Origin: Patescibacteria group bacterium
GTDB taxonomy: Bacteria; Patescibacteriota; UBA1384; XYA2-FULL-43-10; 1-14-0-10-43-13
Assembly: GCA_041666325.1 (NCBI GenBank)
Contig: JBAYHC010000004.1
Span: 929-64,928, forward strand
Direction: 5' to 3'
DNA length: 64,000 bases
Numbering within the stretch: the first letter of the stretch is position 1; each line of letters starts with the position of its first letter. A program made the position numbers and the translations under genes. The notes beneath the pieces are model-generated. The model was not told the origin of the DNA, did not search any database, and worked only from the letters and a program-made list of their open reading frames with translations. Shown piece after piece: positions 37,303 through 48,157 of this stretch.

Positions 37303-38404
37303 GGGTGTTCGCACCTGGATTGAGGTTGACACCAAAGCGCTGGAAAATAATTATAATATTTTCCGCAACCTTATTCATGACAAATGCAAGCTCATGGCTA
37401 TTGCCAAATCAAATGCTTATGGCCATGGCATTTTTGACTATGCCAAGGCAGTTGAAAAATTGGGTGCAGATTTTATTGGCGTTGACTCGATCACCGAAGC
37501 GATTGCGCTTCAGAAGGACGGCATCACTACTCCGCTCTTTATCTTGGGCTACACGCTTCCAGAACGATTAAAGGATGTCATCGAACGCAATATCTCCCTC
37601 ACTGTTTCAACAATCGAGCTTTTGGATGCAATGAACAAGTATCATTACAGCAAGAAGAAATTCAAAGTTCACCTTAAGATCGATACCGGCATGCACCGCC
37701 AGGGCTTTTTTGTCGAAGACCTTCCCCAGGTAATAGAGAAGCTAAAGAACTTGCCTCAGGTTGAGGTTGAGGGTATCTATACCCATCTTGCCACCCCCGG
37801 TGATGTAGAGCACGGAAAGTTTACGAAGCTACAATTTGCTGAGTTCGAAAAGGCGGTAAAAATTTTTAATGATAACGGCCTCAACCCCATTAGGCACGCT
37901 GCCGCTACTGCAGGCACGATGCACCACCCCGAATCGCATTTCGACATGGTCAGGATTGGTATGGGCTTGATGGGAGTACAGAGTGAAACTACAATCACAA
38001 ATTTGCAACAAATCCTTGCCTGGCGGACAATCATTTCAGAGATAAAATCATTGCCAAAAGGAAGTAAAATCGGCTACGGCCTAACGGAGACACTAACACG
38101 GAATTCAAAAATCGCCGTTTTGCCGATCGGCTACTGGCATGGCTATCCCCGCTCGCTCTCAAGTAAGGGACAAATCTTGGTGCGGGGTAAGCGCTGCAAG
38201 GTTTTGGGCCGAATCGCCATGGACATGACGGTAATCGATATCACGGATGTTCCCACTGCCAAAGTCGGCGATATTGCTACGATTATTGGCAAGGATGGCG
38301 ATGATGAAATATCAGCCATAGAAATATCTGGGATCTCTGGTGTCTACCACTATGAATTTCTCACTCGCCTCAATCCATTAATTAAAAAATTCTATCTTAA
38401 CTAA
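37283..38404 (+). CDS. alr: Alanine racemase
   Basis: AKSNAYGHG, HLKIDTGMHRQG, YTHLA, MVRIG, IGYG, GRIAMD. Confidence 0.96.
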   Translation: MKKIDHRGVRTWIEVDTKALENNYNIFRNLIHDKCKLMAIAKSNAYGHGIFDYAKAVEKLGADFIGVDSITEAIALQKDGITTPLFILGYTLPERLKDVIERNISLTVSTIELLDAMNKYHYSKKKFKVHLKIDTGMHRQGFFVEDLPQVIEKLKNLPQVEVEGIYTHLATPGDVEHGKFTKLQFAEFEKAVKIFNDNGLNPIRHAAATAGTMHHPESHFDMVRIGMGLMGVQSETTITNLQQILAWRTIISEIKSLPKGSKIGYGLTETLTRNSKIAVLPIGYWHGYPRSLSSKGQILVRGKRCKVLGRIAMDMTVIDITDVPTAKVGDIATIIGKDGDDEISAIEISGISGVYHYEFLTRLNPLIKKFYLN

Positions 38405-38458
38405 AAAAGGCCGGTGGTTCCGGCCAAACGGTTCTCGGGCAACAGGGCAACAATCCAA

Positions 38459-39505
38459 TCAGCGAGCCTGCATCCTAGCAAGCTCGGCCGCACCGGCGGC
38501 AATCTGCGCCTCAAGCTTCGGCTTGAGCGCCGGATCGCACTCCGCAAGCATCTTGTCATAAAGATCAGGACAATGCCAGCCAAAGATCGTCATCCCTGAT
38601 ACGGCGATAAGACGATAGAGCGCAAGCCTCATTGGCAGGATGTTCGTATTTCCTGTATTCAATAGTTTAGGGAAATTAGCCAGATAATTGGAGCAGATTG
38701 GATTAAAATCGCCCGCGCGTATCCTGGATAACAATTCTACGGCCCGATCAACTTGGCCGATGTAGAACTGACGCTGAGAAAGTAAATCGTGTGATTTCTC
38801 CCTGCGCATAGCGTCAAGATAAGAGAAATACAAACCAGCGTATTCCTGGGCTGCTTTCTTGCGTTCATCGCCCCGTTTCGCCCTGACACTCTCGTACCAC
38901 TTTAGGTCAATCTCTGCCTTGAGATTGAGCGATAGCGAATGAACACGCATTAGCATACCAAAACGCCAAGGATAGTAGCTGTAGGGCCCATAAAGAACCC
39001 GACAAAGCGCTCGTTGGGTCTCTGCTTGAGCATAAGGCAAAACTCTGACTGGTTCCTCGAGATACGTGTAGTCTGGCTCAGGACTACCAGTGCGACGCCT
39101 ATATTCATCTCCCCAGATCAAACAGTAGAAGTCAGCGGCCAACTCGCACAACTCAGGCTCAAGACACTTGTATTCGATCCCTCGCACCACCCGACTGAAT
39201 CGTTCGGGCCACCAGACCACATCGGAGAGCAATTCCGAATCGCCGGCGAGAGCAAGGAAGAGCAAGCGAGCCCTGACGTGCACAGAAAGACGTGTATTGA
39301 ACAGAGAGTCAGGAATCCAGGCAGTTCTCTGCAACTGCAATTCCCCAACATCTGCCTGCCACTTCTCGGGATCATAATAAAGAACTGGATGTGCGTCAAA
39401 GAATCCTTTCAATATCTCCTCAGCTGTCCGCTGCCTAGGTATTACCTTTTCAACTCCGGCCAAAGGACTTTTCCCTCGGCGCAACCAACGTTGCAACAGT
39501 CTCAT
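38459..39505 (-). CDS. Hypothetical protein (probable distant paralog of 56337..57371)
   Basis: GGAGGAG before ATG 39505; about 348 aa, largely helical. Confidence 0.7.
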   Translation of the reverse strand: MRLLQRWLRRGKSPLAGVEKVIPRQRTAEEILKGFFDAHPVLYYDPEKWQADVGELQLQRTAWIPDSLFNTRLSVHVRARLLFLALAGDSELLSDVVWWPERFSRVVRGIEYKCLEPELCELAADFYCLIWGDEYRRRTGSPEPDYTYLEEPVRVLPYAQAETQRALCRVLYGPYSYYPWRFGMLMRVHSLSLNLKAEIDLKWYESVRAKRGDERKKAAQEYAGLYFSYLDAMRREKSHDLLSQRQFYIGQVDRAVELLSRIRAGDFNPICSNYLANFPKLLNTGNTNILPMRLALYRLIAVSGMTIFGWHCPDLYDKMLAECDPALKPKLEAQIAAGAAELARMQAR

Positions 39506-39698
39506 TCTCTCCTCCATCTGCCCGCTAGGGCCGTCGACATAATACCACACTGCCTGATATTTTCAAGTCCCTGATTTAATTTTACTATTTCTGCTGGTGC
39601 GATCCACCCAGAGATTTTTGCGTCTCCGCTAACAAGATTTTGTTTGCCTTAAATACTAATAAGGAATAACATTGGACTAGAAGTAACAAAGGAGAACA

Positions 39699-40304
39699 AT
39701 GGGTCAAGAAGATGAGAAGAAAAATGAACCGGGGATCATTCCCGCGCCACCAACTCCTACAGATGCGAGCAACGCTGCAGAGCAGTCAGATACGGCCCAA
39801 GCAGAGATGCAGCAAGTCGCCGCTCCGCCTATTAGTCCAACCGGCGCCCCTGCCCCAGCTGACCGCCAATACGCGGGATTCTGGATCCGCTTTCTTGCAC
39901 TCATTATTGATGGGATAATTTTGGGCATTGCCTTCATCCCGATTTTTGCCGTTTTGTCCGTCTTGAACATCGGCTCCTCACCGAGCATGTACTCTGTTGA
40001 TCCAGATTCCGGCGCCGGCTCAGCCTTCTCTCTGCCCAATCTGATTAAAACAGTCCTTGGCTGGATCTACTATGTTGTACTAAACGTTAAATTCGGCGGT
40101 AGTCTAGGCAAGATGGCATTAGGACTAAAGGTTATCGACGAGGCTGGTAACAGTGTCACTTACGCCACCGCTGCTATCAGAGAGATCGTCGGCAAAATTA
40201 TCTCCGCAATGGCCATTATGCTTGGTTACCTCTGGGTTGCCTTCGATCCCAAAAAACAGGCTTGGCATGACAAAATTGCCAAGACTTACGTCGTGCGCAA
40301 ATAG
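39699..40304 (+). CDS. RDD family membrane protein
   Basis: YAGFWIRFLALIIDG, SLGKMALGLKV, KQAWHDKIAKTYVV. Confidence 0.93.
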   Translation: MGQEDEKKNEPGIIPAPPTPTDASNAAEQSDTAQAEMQQVAAPPISPTGAPAPADRQYAGFWIRFLALIIDGIILGIAFIPIFAVLSVLNIGSSPSMYSVDPDSGAGSAFSLPNLIKTVLGWIYYVVLNVKFGGSLGKMALGLKVIDEAGNSVTYATAAIREIVGKIISAMAIMLGYLWVAFDPKKQAWHDKIAKTYVVRK

Positions 40305-40323
40305 TATGAAAGAGCTTAGTACT

Positions 40324-40356
40324 CAAAAATGGCTGGAGAAACTCCAGCCATTTTTG
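40324..40356. terminator. Bidirectional terminator
   Basis: CAAAAATGGCTGGAG-AAA-CTCCAGCCATTTTTG. Confidence 0.85.
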
Positions 40357-40359
40357 CTT

Positions 40360-42699
40360 TTACCGATCAATTATATTGGAAAGTAAGAGGCGCTTTTCAA
40401 CTGAGGCAATGAGTTTTCGCGTAGAGAGAATCATATCTGGAGTGACTGAAACTGAGGTTGTGCCGGCCCGGACCATCATCTCTGTAATCTCGGGATAAAC
40501 CGATGGCGCCTGACCGCAAATCGAGCAGGTTACATTGTGCTTGCGGCAAGTCTTGATAACATATTCGATCGACAGTGCCACCGACTCATCGCGCTCATCA
40601 AAGAGCTTAGCCAAAACCTGATTGTCACGATCAACGCCAAGCGTAAGTTGTGTCAGGTCATTAGAGCCGATCGAAATACCATCTATCCCAAGGGCGAGGA
40701 ACTTCTCGAGAAGGATGACATTAGAAGGAATCTCACACATCATCCACAACTTAAAGTCGGGAGATTGGCGCAACCCGCTATCCTCGACCATCTTTTTGAC
40801 CTGGCGCATCTCCTCAATGGTTCGGACAAAGGGGATCATCAACCAAAGATTTTTGAGATCAAAGCTATCTCTAACCTGCTTGATGGCTTCAAGCTCAAGA
40901 GCAAACATCTCTGGCTCGGCAATATAGCGAGAGGCGCCGCGATAACCAATCATTGGATTATCTTCGGCCGGCTCAAACTTTTCTCCACCCTTCAAACCCC
41001 TGTATTCGTTTGTTTTGAAATCGGTTGCTCTGTAAACTACCGGTCGGGGTGAAAACGCCTGAGCGATTGTTTTGATACCTTCAGAGAGTTTCTTAACATA
41101 CTCATCGCCCCGGCCGTCTTCAACCATGGCGCGTGGATGTTCGCCTATCTCAGCAATCATAAATTCCGCCCGCAGAAGTCCGACACCGTCAACCGGAAGT
41201 TTGGCCACCTCGACTGCCAAATGGGGCTCACCTAAATTGACGTAAACCTTGGTGCCGGTAACCGGCGCTTCTTCGACATGTGCAGATCCGCTCAGACCTC
41301 CTGCCGCAGCACTTGTGGCAGCCGGTTGCACTGTTTCAATCCTACCCTTGTAGACCATACCGCCACCGCCATCAACTGAAATTATCTGGCCGTTCTTTAG
41401 CACACTAGTCGCCGTGCCAGTTCCAACTACACATGGAATACCAAGCTCTCTAGAAACAATAGCCGCATGGCAGGTCCGCCCCCCGGTATCAGTTACGATC
41501 GCTGCTGCGCGACGCATTGCCGGAACAAAATCAGGAGTTGTCATTTCTGTTACCAGGACATCACCCTCGGAAATTTTATCGATCTCGGTTGGCTTGTGAA
41601 TGATTTTAACTGGACCTGACGCCATACCCATTGAAGCAGCCGCACCTCTCAGCATTACTTCGGCTTGCGAAGAGGGAATACCAGGGGACTCTTTTGTGGC
41701 TGCAGTGCTCTCCTGATTCCTCTCAACCTTTGCCTTGCCCAGGGTTGTTATTGGCCTCGATTGAACAAAATAAATCTTACCCTTCTCAATTGCCCATTCT
41801 GTATCTTGAGGTTTATCGTAGTGCTTTTCGATCAATAGGCCGACCTTCGCCAATTCGGTAATCTCATCGTCAGTCAGTTTCTGGCTCTCCTGCAGCTTGG
41901 CAGGAATATTGACGTGTTTGTCTCCACCTTTGAAATTTTGGACGATCTGCCAAGTTTGCTTGTGTATTTCCTTGTTCACTATCTTTAAGTCGTTTTTATC
42001 CACCAGATAGCGATCGGGAGTAACAGATCCCGAAACAATGGCCTCGCCAAGTCCAAACCCAGCCTCAATAACAATATGGCTCGCATTTTCAGTGACAGGA
42101 TCAACGGTGAAGAGGATGCCCGACTTCTCGGATTCGATCATATTTTGCACAGGCACAGATATGCCCACCTTCATATGATCGAAGTTGTTAATAGCACGGT
42201 AGTAAATTGCTCTTGCCTCGAACAGCGAGGCATAACACTTTTTAACCGCGGCAACGACTTCTTCTTTCCCTTTAATATTGAGATAGGTCGCCTGCTGCCC
42301 AGCGAAAGAAGCGTCGGGTAAATCTTCAGCGGTCGCAGACGATCGGACAGCCACGGCCAGTCCGCCCAATCGGTGATAGGCCTCAGTGATAGACGACGCC
42401 AGATCTTTGGGTATATCTGCGTCCATAATTTGTTTTTTGATATCTCTCGAAATCTTGTTCAGAGCTTTTGTGTCTTCCGGCTTAATCTTGCTCAGGCTTT
42501 TTTCGATTGCCTTCTTCAACCCTGACCGCTCAAGAAAATAGTAATACGCCTGTGCGGTAACACAAAAACCATTCGGAACAGGTATGCCCGCCTTCACGAG
42601 TTCGCCCAAATTCGCGCCCTTGCCCCCGGCCTTATCGATATCGTTTCGATTTATCTCCGAAAACCAAAGAACATGGGGTACCTTCTTGCCTAATTTCAT
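40360..42699 (-). CDS. ppsA: Phosphoenolpyruvate synthase
   Basis: GGKGANLGEL, AVRSSATAEDLPDASFAGQQ, GGRTCHAAIVSRE, GLLRAEF, NPMIGYRG, SIGSNDLTQ. Confidence 0.97.
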   Translation of the reverse strand: MKLGKKVPHVLWFSEINRNDIDKAGGKGANLGELVKAGIPVPNGFCVTAQAYYYFLERSGLKKAIEKSLSKIKPEDTKALNKISRDIKKQIMDADIPKDLASSITEAYHRLGGLAVAVRSSATAEDLPDASFAGQQATYLNIKGKEEVVAAVKKCYASLFEARAIYYRAINNFDHMKVGISVPVQNMIESEKSGILFTVDPVTENASHIVIEAGFGLGEAIVSGSVTPDRYLVDKNDLKIVNKEIHKQTWQIVQNFKGGDKHVNIPAKLQESQKLTDDEITELAKVGLLIEKHYDKPQDTEWAIEKGKIYFVQSRPITTLGKAKVERNQESTAATKESPGIPSSQAEVMLRGAAASMGMASGPVKIIHKPTEIDKISEGDVLVTEMTTPDFVPAMRRAAAIVTDTGGRTCHAAIVSRELGIPCVVGTGTATSVLKNGQIISVDGGGGMVYKGRIETVQPAATSAAAGGLSGSAHVEEAPVTGTKVYVNLGEPHLAVEVAKLPVDGVGLLRAEFMIAEIGEHPRAMVEDGRGDEYVKKLSEGIKTIAQAFSPRPVVYRATDFKTNEYRGLKGGEKFEPAEDNPMIGYRGASRYIAEPEMFALELEAIKQVRDSFDLKNLWLMIPFVRTIEEMRQVKKMVEDSGLRQSPDFKLWMMCEIPSNVILLEKFLALGIDGISIGSNDLTQLTLGVDRDNQVLAKLFDERDESVALSIEYVIKTCRKHNVTCSICGQAPSVYPEITEMMVRAGTTSVSVTPDMILSTRKLIASVEKRLLLSNIIDR

Positions 42700-42847
42700 C
42701 GCACTCCCTCCATAATATCCAAGTTACACAGCTCATAAGCAGGTAGGCCAGTAAGCATGTAAGCTAACCCGCAACCTATATCGATAGCTGCTTCATTATT
42801 CATTAACCTATCAGCCTGTATGTTTACTCGCCTACTTGCTTACCAGC

Positions 42848-43312
42848 TTACTTGCTCCCTAAAACTTCATCCAAAACACTCTTTGTGATATCCCAACCAA
42901 AGCCTCTGGAGGTCAAATATCGTCCGAGCTTCTCGAAGGCTTCTGCTGGATCAATCTTTTTTCGTTCCATCCATTTGCTGGCTGCTTCCCTCGCCAGCCC
43001 TCTTTCAGTAGAAGCTGATAGACTGGAAAGAGCTTCATCCACCAGGTCGTCGGCAACATGCAGCTTCTTCAGCCGCATCCTCAAGCTAAATTTGCCCTGT
43101 GGTTTAAAGGCTAGCTGATTTTTGATATATTGGGCAACAAATTTCTTGTCATCAAGAAAACTGCGCTCATTTAACCATGAAACAACAGACTCTATCTCGT
43201 CGTCGCAAAAACCTTTTTGGCGCATCTTGGCACGTATCTCGCCCGTCGACCGATCTCTGATTTTGATCAATCGAAGAGCGTACTCTTTTGGTTTGTTGTT
43301 TGTGTTCTCCAT
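42848..43312 (-). CDS. recX: Regulatory protein RecX
   Basis: ALRLIKIRDRSTGEIRAKM, FLDDKKF, YLTSRGF; downstream of recA. Confidence 0.88.
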   Translation of the reverse strand: MENTNNKPKEYALRLIKIRDRSTGEIRAKMRQKGFCDDEIESVVSWLNERSFLDDKKFVAQYIKNQLAFKPQGKFSLRMRLKKLHVADDLVDEALSSLSASTERGLAREAASKWMERKKIDPAEAFEKLGRYLTSRGFGWDITKSVLDEVLGSK

Positions 43313-43325
43313 CTTAACGCTTGGC

Positions 43326-43541
43326 CTATCTTGACGTGGCCAGAGCAAAGAGAAAAATCATCAAACCAAAGATCATAAAAAGTGCGCCCATGACTGCTAT
43401 AACTATAACTGTCGGCGACACGCCATCCCCAGCGCTACCCATGTCGGCGTTCACAAAACCACGCAATGCAACAGTCAAGAGTCCTGCGCCAACGACAAAG
43501 GTTGTAACACTATAGCGAATCTTATGCTGTCGGTTCTTCAT
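43326..43541 (-). CDS. Small two-TM membrane protein between recA and recX
   Basis: Two hydrophobic segments; GGGAGG RBS inside the recA 3' end. Confidence 0.55.
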   Translation of the reverse strand: MKNRQHKIRYSVTTFVVGAGLLTVALRGFVNADMGSAGDGVSPTVIVIAVMGALFMIFGLMIFLFALATSR

Positions 43542-44589
43542 CCTTCCCTCCCTGATGAACTGCATTCAATATTTCTTCCCTCAATTGCGTAATGACTTCT
43601 GGATTGTTTGCCAGGAAAACTCGCGCACTGTCCTTGCCCTGGCCAAGTTTTTCTCCCTTGTATGACACCCATGACCCGGCACGTTCAATGACGCCGTGTC
43701 GGATACCAAGGTCAACCAATTCGCCTGTTCGGTCTATGCCTTCATTAAAGAGAATGTCAAATTCCGCTGTTTTAAAGGGCGGAGCCACCTTGTTTTTGAC
43801 GACTTTAACAGCAACATGGTTTCCGATGTCATCCTCACCACGCTTGAGTGCTGCCTTCCTTCTAATATCAAGACGTACCGAAGAGTAAAATTTCAGAGCA
43901 TTACCACCGGTTGTTGTTTCTGGATTACCAAACATGACGCCAATCTTCATTCTGATCTGGTTGATGAACACAAGGATAGTCTTTGACTTAGAGACAGCGC
44001 CTGTAAGCTTTCGAAGTGCTTGGCTCATCAATCTGGCCTGGACACCCATCATTGCCTCGCCCATCTCACCCTCGATCTCAGCGCGGGGAACAAGTGCAGC
44101 CACAGAGTCAATAACAATGATATCGAGCGCATTAGAGCGAACTAGTGTTTCGGTAATCTCTAGAGCTTGCTCACCTGTGTCCGGCTGAGAAATAAGTAGA
44201 TTGTTTAGATCAACTCCAAGCTTGCCCGCGTACTCCGGGTCAAAGGCGTGTTCTGCATCGATGAACGCTGCATTGCCGCCTAGCTTTTGAGCTTCAGCAA
44301 CAGCACTCAGTGCGAGGGTTGTTTTACCAGAAGACTCAGGTCCGTAAATTTCAATAACACGACCCCTTGGCAGGCCACCAACTCCCAGGGCCAGATCAAG
44401 CGAGAAGGAGCCAGTTGGAACAACATCAACTTTGAGTTTGGCACTTTCGCCCATACTCATGATTGACCCCTTGCCAAACTGCTTTTCAATCGAAGCCAAA
44501 GCAGCCCTTAATGCATCATCACGGCCTGAAACAGGTTTGTCCTCAATCGCCTCTTCTGATCCCTCCTGAATTGCGCTCCGTTTGGACAT
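43522..44589 (-). CDS. recA: Recombinase RecA
   Basis: [44 protein letters not shown]. Confidence 0.99.
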   Translation of the reverse strand: MSKRSAIQEGSEEAIEDKPVSGRDDALRAALASIEKQFGKGSIMSMGESAKLKVDVVPTGSFSLDLALGVGGLPRGRVIEIYGPESSGKTTLALSAVAEAQKLGGNAAFIDAEHAFDPEYAGKLGVDLNNLLISQPDTGEQALEITETLVRSNALDIIVIDSVAALVPRAEIEGEMGEAMMGVQARLMSQALRKLTGAVSKSKTILVFINQIRMKIGVMFGNPETTTGGNALKFYSSVRLDIRRKAALKRGEDDIGNHVAVKVVKNKVAPPFKTAEFDILFNEGIDRTGELVDLGIRHGVIERAGSWVSYKGEKLGQGKDSARVFLANNPEVITQLREEILNAVHQGGKDEEPTA

Positions 44590-44693
44590 AAAACTCCTTT
44601 TTAAAGTAGAGAGTAGAGGGCAGAAGGCGGAGAGGACACAAATCATCAGCTTGAGTTTGTGCTCCCTTTCTACCTTCTACTTTCTACCTTCTA

Positions 44694-45404
44694 CTACTTG
44701 ATACTCTGATCACTCGAAATTGAGGCGGTCTGAGGACGGTATTCGACTGTGTAGACGCGCGAACTTTCCTTCTTGGCCTTGTTGACAGCCCGAACATTGA
44801 TGACATTGACACCTCGATGAAGTCGCAGATTTAGGCTGAATCGACCATCGCTCGTAACAGGAACGCTCTCGTCATTCACCAGCACAACGGCATCACTGTT
44901 AGTAATTCCGGTGATATCCAAACTGTCGTCAGGTATAACAGTGTTGTCTTTTGGCGTAACAATTTTGAGATCAGGGGTTCCGGCAAAACCAGCAACCTGA
45001 TAGACGATATAGGAAAACATCGAGACAACAAATAGACAGAGGGCAGAGTAAGCCAGCAACCGCGGCGTGATAAGCACCCTCGCCTCCCTGATCGTTTTGC
45101 TGTACGACAATCCACCCGAATGATGCTTGCCATAAACCGACAGTTCTCGCTCAAAACAACGCAACACCTGAGACAGGTCTTGCTCTAAATAGCGAGCATA
45201 GGCAAGAACGAATCCTCGCGCGTATACAGCCTGGGGTAAAATCCGCCAGTTTCCACTCTCAAGAGCAGCCAAATACTTTGCCCGGACCTTTGTTGCGCTC
45301 TCTGCTTCGAGAAGAGAGACGCCCTTTTCAAGTCTTCTGGACTTAAGGCGCTCAGCAAGAGTAGCTTCGTGGCTAATTTTTTTCTTGGAAAAACCACTTA
45401 TCAT
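44694..45404 (-). CDS. RodZ-like HTH membrane protein with C-terminal Ig-like domain
   Basis: KVRAKYLAALESG, VYARGFVLAYARYL, one TM; follows ftsK. Confidence 0.8.
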   Translation of the reverse strand: MISGFSKKKISHEATLAERLKSRRLEKGVSLLEAESATKVRAKYLAALESGNWRILPQAVYARGFVLAYARYLEQDLSQVLRCFERELSVYGKHHSGGLSYSKTIREARVLITPRLLAYSALCLFVVSMFSYIVYQVAGFAGTPDLKIVTPKDNTVIPDDSLDITGITNSDAVVLVNDESVPVTSDGRFSLNLRLHRGVNVINVRAVNKAKKESSRVYTVEYRPQTASISSDQSIK

Positions 45405-45561
45405 TACTAAAATTATTCTAAACCAAGCTAGTTAATTTGTCCAATCTGGCAGAGAACAGCGAGTATTGAGTAGAGTGAAAACAGCAGAGCAAGAGCCAGG
45501 AACACGTCGAGGGTTACGCCATGTTTTTACTCCCTGCTTTCCCTGTTCTGTCTCTGACTTT

Positions 45562-47784
45562 TTAGAAAAGATTACGCTCGTCATTACCACCGTAATCGTC
45601 ATTACTGCCACCTTGCTCCGAACGAAACATTCCAGAATCATTGCCAGCAACCAAAATATCTCTCGGTTTGGCTCCATCGGCCGGTCCGATAACACCGGCC
45701 TCCTCGAGAAGATCGAGCAAACGCGCTGCCCTGGCATAACCAACTCTCAAACGCCGCTGCAGCAGAGAGGCTGAGGCTTTTCCTGCCCGAACAACCGTTT
45801 CAACTGCTTCGTCATACAAATCATCTTCGCCCGAAGATTCTCCCCCAACCACACCGGATGTTCGGGCAGCACGAAAATTCATAATCGACTCATCATATTG
45901 AGCAGGGCTCTTGCCCTTCAGGAATTCATTAACAGACTCAATTTCTTGATCGGAGACAAAACAGCCCTGAATGCGACGCGGCTTATCGACACCGTTACCG
46001 ACAAAGAGCATGTCTCCTCGGCCAAGCAACTTCTCTGCACCAGACATATCCAAGATCGTCCTTGAGTCGACTTGGGAGGCTGTAGCAAAGGCGACACGGC
46101 ACGGGATATTCGCCTTGATCAGACCTGTTAGAACATCAACAGACGGACGCTGTGTTGCCACAATAAGGTGAATGCCCGTCGCTCTAGCCATCTGGGCCAA
46201 TCGGACGATCGAGCCCTCAACCTCTTTGGCTGAGGTTGCCATCAAGTCAGCCAATTCATCAATTACGATAACGATGTACGGCATCTTGCCACCTTCGCCA
46301 GGAGCAGCATTGTAAGCAGTAATATTGCGCTTACCAAGCTTGGCAAATAGCTCATAACGGCGTTCCATCTCATAGACTGCCCACTTAAGGGTAGAAACTG
46401 TTTTGTCGACTTCAGTCACAACTGGCGTAAGAAGGTGGGGAATGCCGTTAAAGCCGGTCAGCTCGACGCGCTTAGGGTCAACCAATATCAGACGAAGATC
46501 TGCCGGAGAATTATTGTAAAGAAGCGTGATAATAACGGCGTTGATACAGATAGATTTGCCAGAACCAGTCGCACCGGCAATAAGCATGTGCGGCATCTTC
46601 TCCAGATCGATCGCAACTGGCTCACCTGCAACATCGCGCCCCATCGCTAGCGCAAGTTTGCTTTTTACCGCGTGAATCTCCTTAGACACCAAAACTTCCC
46701 GCAAGGTTACCTTGGCAGGGATCTTGTTAGGGATCTCCAGACCGACTAGATTTTTACCCGGAATCGGAGCCTCTACGCGCAGGCTCTGAGCGGACAAAGC
46801 TAACGCAAGATCATTTTGCCGAGCTACAATTTGGTTTAGCTTTACACCCTCACTGGGCTTCAACGTATATTGAGTAACGGTCGGGCCGATATTTACATCT
46901 CCCAGCGTAACCTCAATATTGAAATTCTTGAGCGTCTTTTGAATTATCTCAGCATTCTTATTTATATTGCCAGAACTGGCGACCTCGTCGCTATCCTTCA
47001 AGATATCAACGGGCGGATACTCCCAAGCGGTATCCTTCTTTAATGATGCAGATAAATTCATTGGAGCGGCTTCGATCACTGGAGCAGCATTGTGGCCATC
47101 CCTGGTTTTCTTGATCGTGCCAAGACGACGACGAACTGATTCGAAAACTGAAACCTTCGTTGACCCAGTATTAACATTGACTTTGCCACTCTTGGCATCA
47201 TTTTCCTCCTCATCATCCCCGGATGAGAGCCAAGGCAAAGAGTAATGCGTAATCATTAGGATAGAGATGAATGTCAGAGCAACGGAGACCAAAAAAGTCG
47301 GGAACAGACCAATGCCCTGGCGCAACGGAGTCGAGACCAAGTAGCCAACATATCCGCCGCCTCGGCTTGTCTGTACTGCCTCCAGCGCCTCTTCTTCAGG
47401 AATGAAAAGATGGATAAAAACCATGACGGAGATCAAAAACAGGCCGATGCCGATAAATCGTGAGATCTTGTATCCGCTCTTGGGCGGAACAAGCAGGATA
47501 GCCCCCAGATAAAGGATGGAAACGGCGAACAAAAAAGCGCCTACAGTTCCAAATAGTCGCTTACTAACAAGAACGAAAGCAGCTCCGACCTGTCCGGCCG
47601 AACCGAAAAATCCCATCAGGACAATCGTAGCCACAATTATGATAAACAGTGCAAAAATTATGCGCCAAACTTCTCCGGGAAGACCAAGCGACCAATCGAA
47701 GACAAAATCGCCCCATTCGTTTTCCTTCTGATACCACTTCGGCTTTTTTTGCTTGTGCTTGGGGTATTTTCTTTTTCGACCCAC
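45562..47784 (-). CDS. ftsK: DNA translocase FtsK/SpoIIIE
   Basis: N-terminal TMs; IAGATGSGKS, DPKRVEL, IDELADLM, ATQRPS, GAEKLLGRGDML, LQRRLRVGYARAAR; GGGAGG before GTG 47784. Confidence 0.97.
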   Translation of the reverse strand: MGRKRKYPKHKQKKPKWYQKENEWGDFVFDWSLGLPGEVWRIIFALFIIIVATIVLMGFFGSAGQVGAAFVLVSKRLFGTVGAFLFAVSILYLGAILLVPPKSGYKISRFIGIGLFLISVMVFIHLFIPEEEALEAVQTSRGGGYVGYLVSTPLRQGIGLFPTFLVSVALTFISILMITHYSLPWLSSGDDEEENDAKSGKVNVNTGSTKVSVFESVRRRLGTIKKTRDGHNAAPVIEAAPMNLSASLKKDTAWEYPPVDILKDSDEVASSGNINKNAEIIQKTLKNFNIEVTLGDVNIGPTVTQYTLKPSEGVKLNQIVARQNDLALALSAQSLRVEAPIPGKNLVGLEIPNKIPAKVTLREVLVSKEIHAVKSKLALAMGRDVAGEPVAIDLEKMPHMLIAGATGSGKSICINAVIITLLYNNSPADLRLILVDPKRVELTGFNGIPHLLTPVVTEVDKTVSTLKWAVYEMERRYELFAKLGKRNITAYNAAPGEGGKMPYIVIVIDELADLMATSAKEVEGSIVRLAQMARATGIHLIVATQRPSVDVLTGLIKANIPCRVAFATASQVDSRTILDMSGAEKLLGRGDMLFVGNGVDKPRRIQGCFVSDQEIESVNEFLKGKSPAQYDESIMNFRAARTSGVVGGESSGEDDLYDEAVETVVRAGKASASLLQRRLRVGYARAARLLDLLEEAGVIGPADGAKPRDILVAGNDSGMFRSEQGGSNDDYGGNDERNLF

Positions 47785-47891
47785 TGCGCCCTCCCATTTA
47801 TGAATGCCCATAACAAAATTGCTTTTTCTCCAATCTATTATATAGCAAATTGACTCAAATCTCAAAACAAAATGCTCAACGAAGCCACGAA

Positions 47892-47925
47892 GTGAATACC
47901 GCCGGCTCACGCCGGCGGTATTCAC
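47892..47925. repeat. Perfect 15-bp inverted repeat (REP-like or IS200/IS605-end-like)
   Basis: GTGAATACCGCCGGC-TCAC-GCCGGCGGTATTCAC. Confidence 0.65.
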
Positions 47926-47970
47926 CGCTCTCAATAGTGGCTACGCCACCTCCGCCCAACTACACCCGTT

Positions 47971-48058
47971 GTCATCCTGAGTGGAACGAAGGATCTAGGT
48001 CGCCGCGGCGACCGCATGCGGCTTGCGCCTAGATTCTTCGCCTTCGGCTCGGAATGAC
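47971..48058. repeat. Palindromic miniature element, intergenic copy
   Basis: GTCATCCTGAG..CGAAGGATCTAGG...CCTAGATTCTTCG..CTCGGAATGAC; second copy at 62892-63001. Confidence 0.85.
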
Positions 48059-48157
48059 TTAAAAAATAGGATCGAATTTCTGGGTTCATGGCCCAACGGC
48101 TTGTGCCTAGATTCGAATTATGTTATAAGTATGCCAGTGTCGAAGGGAGAAGCGTGG

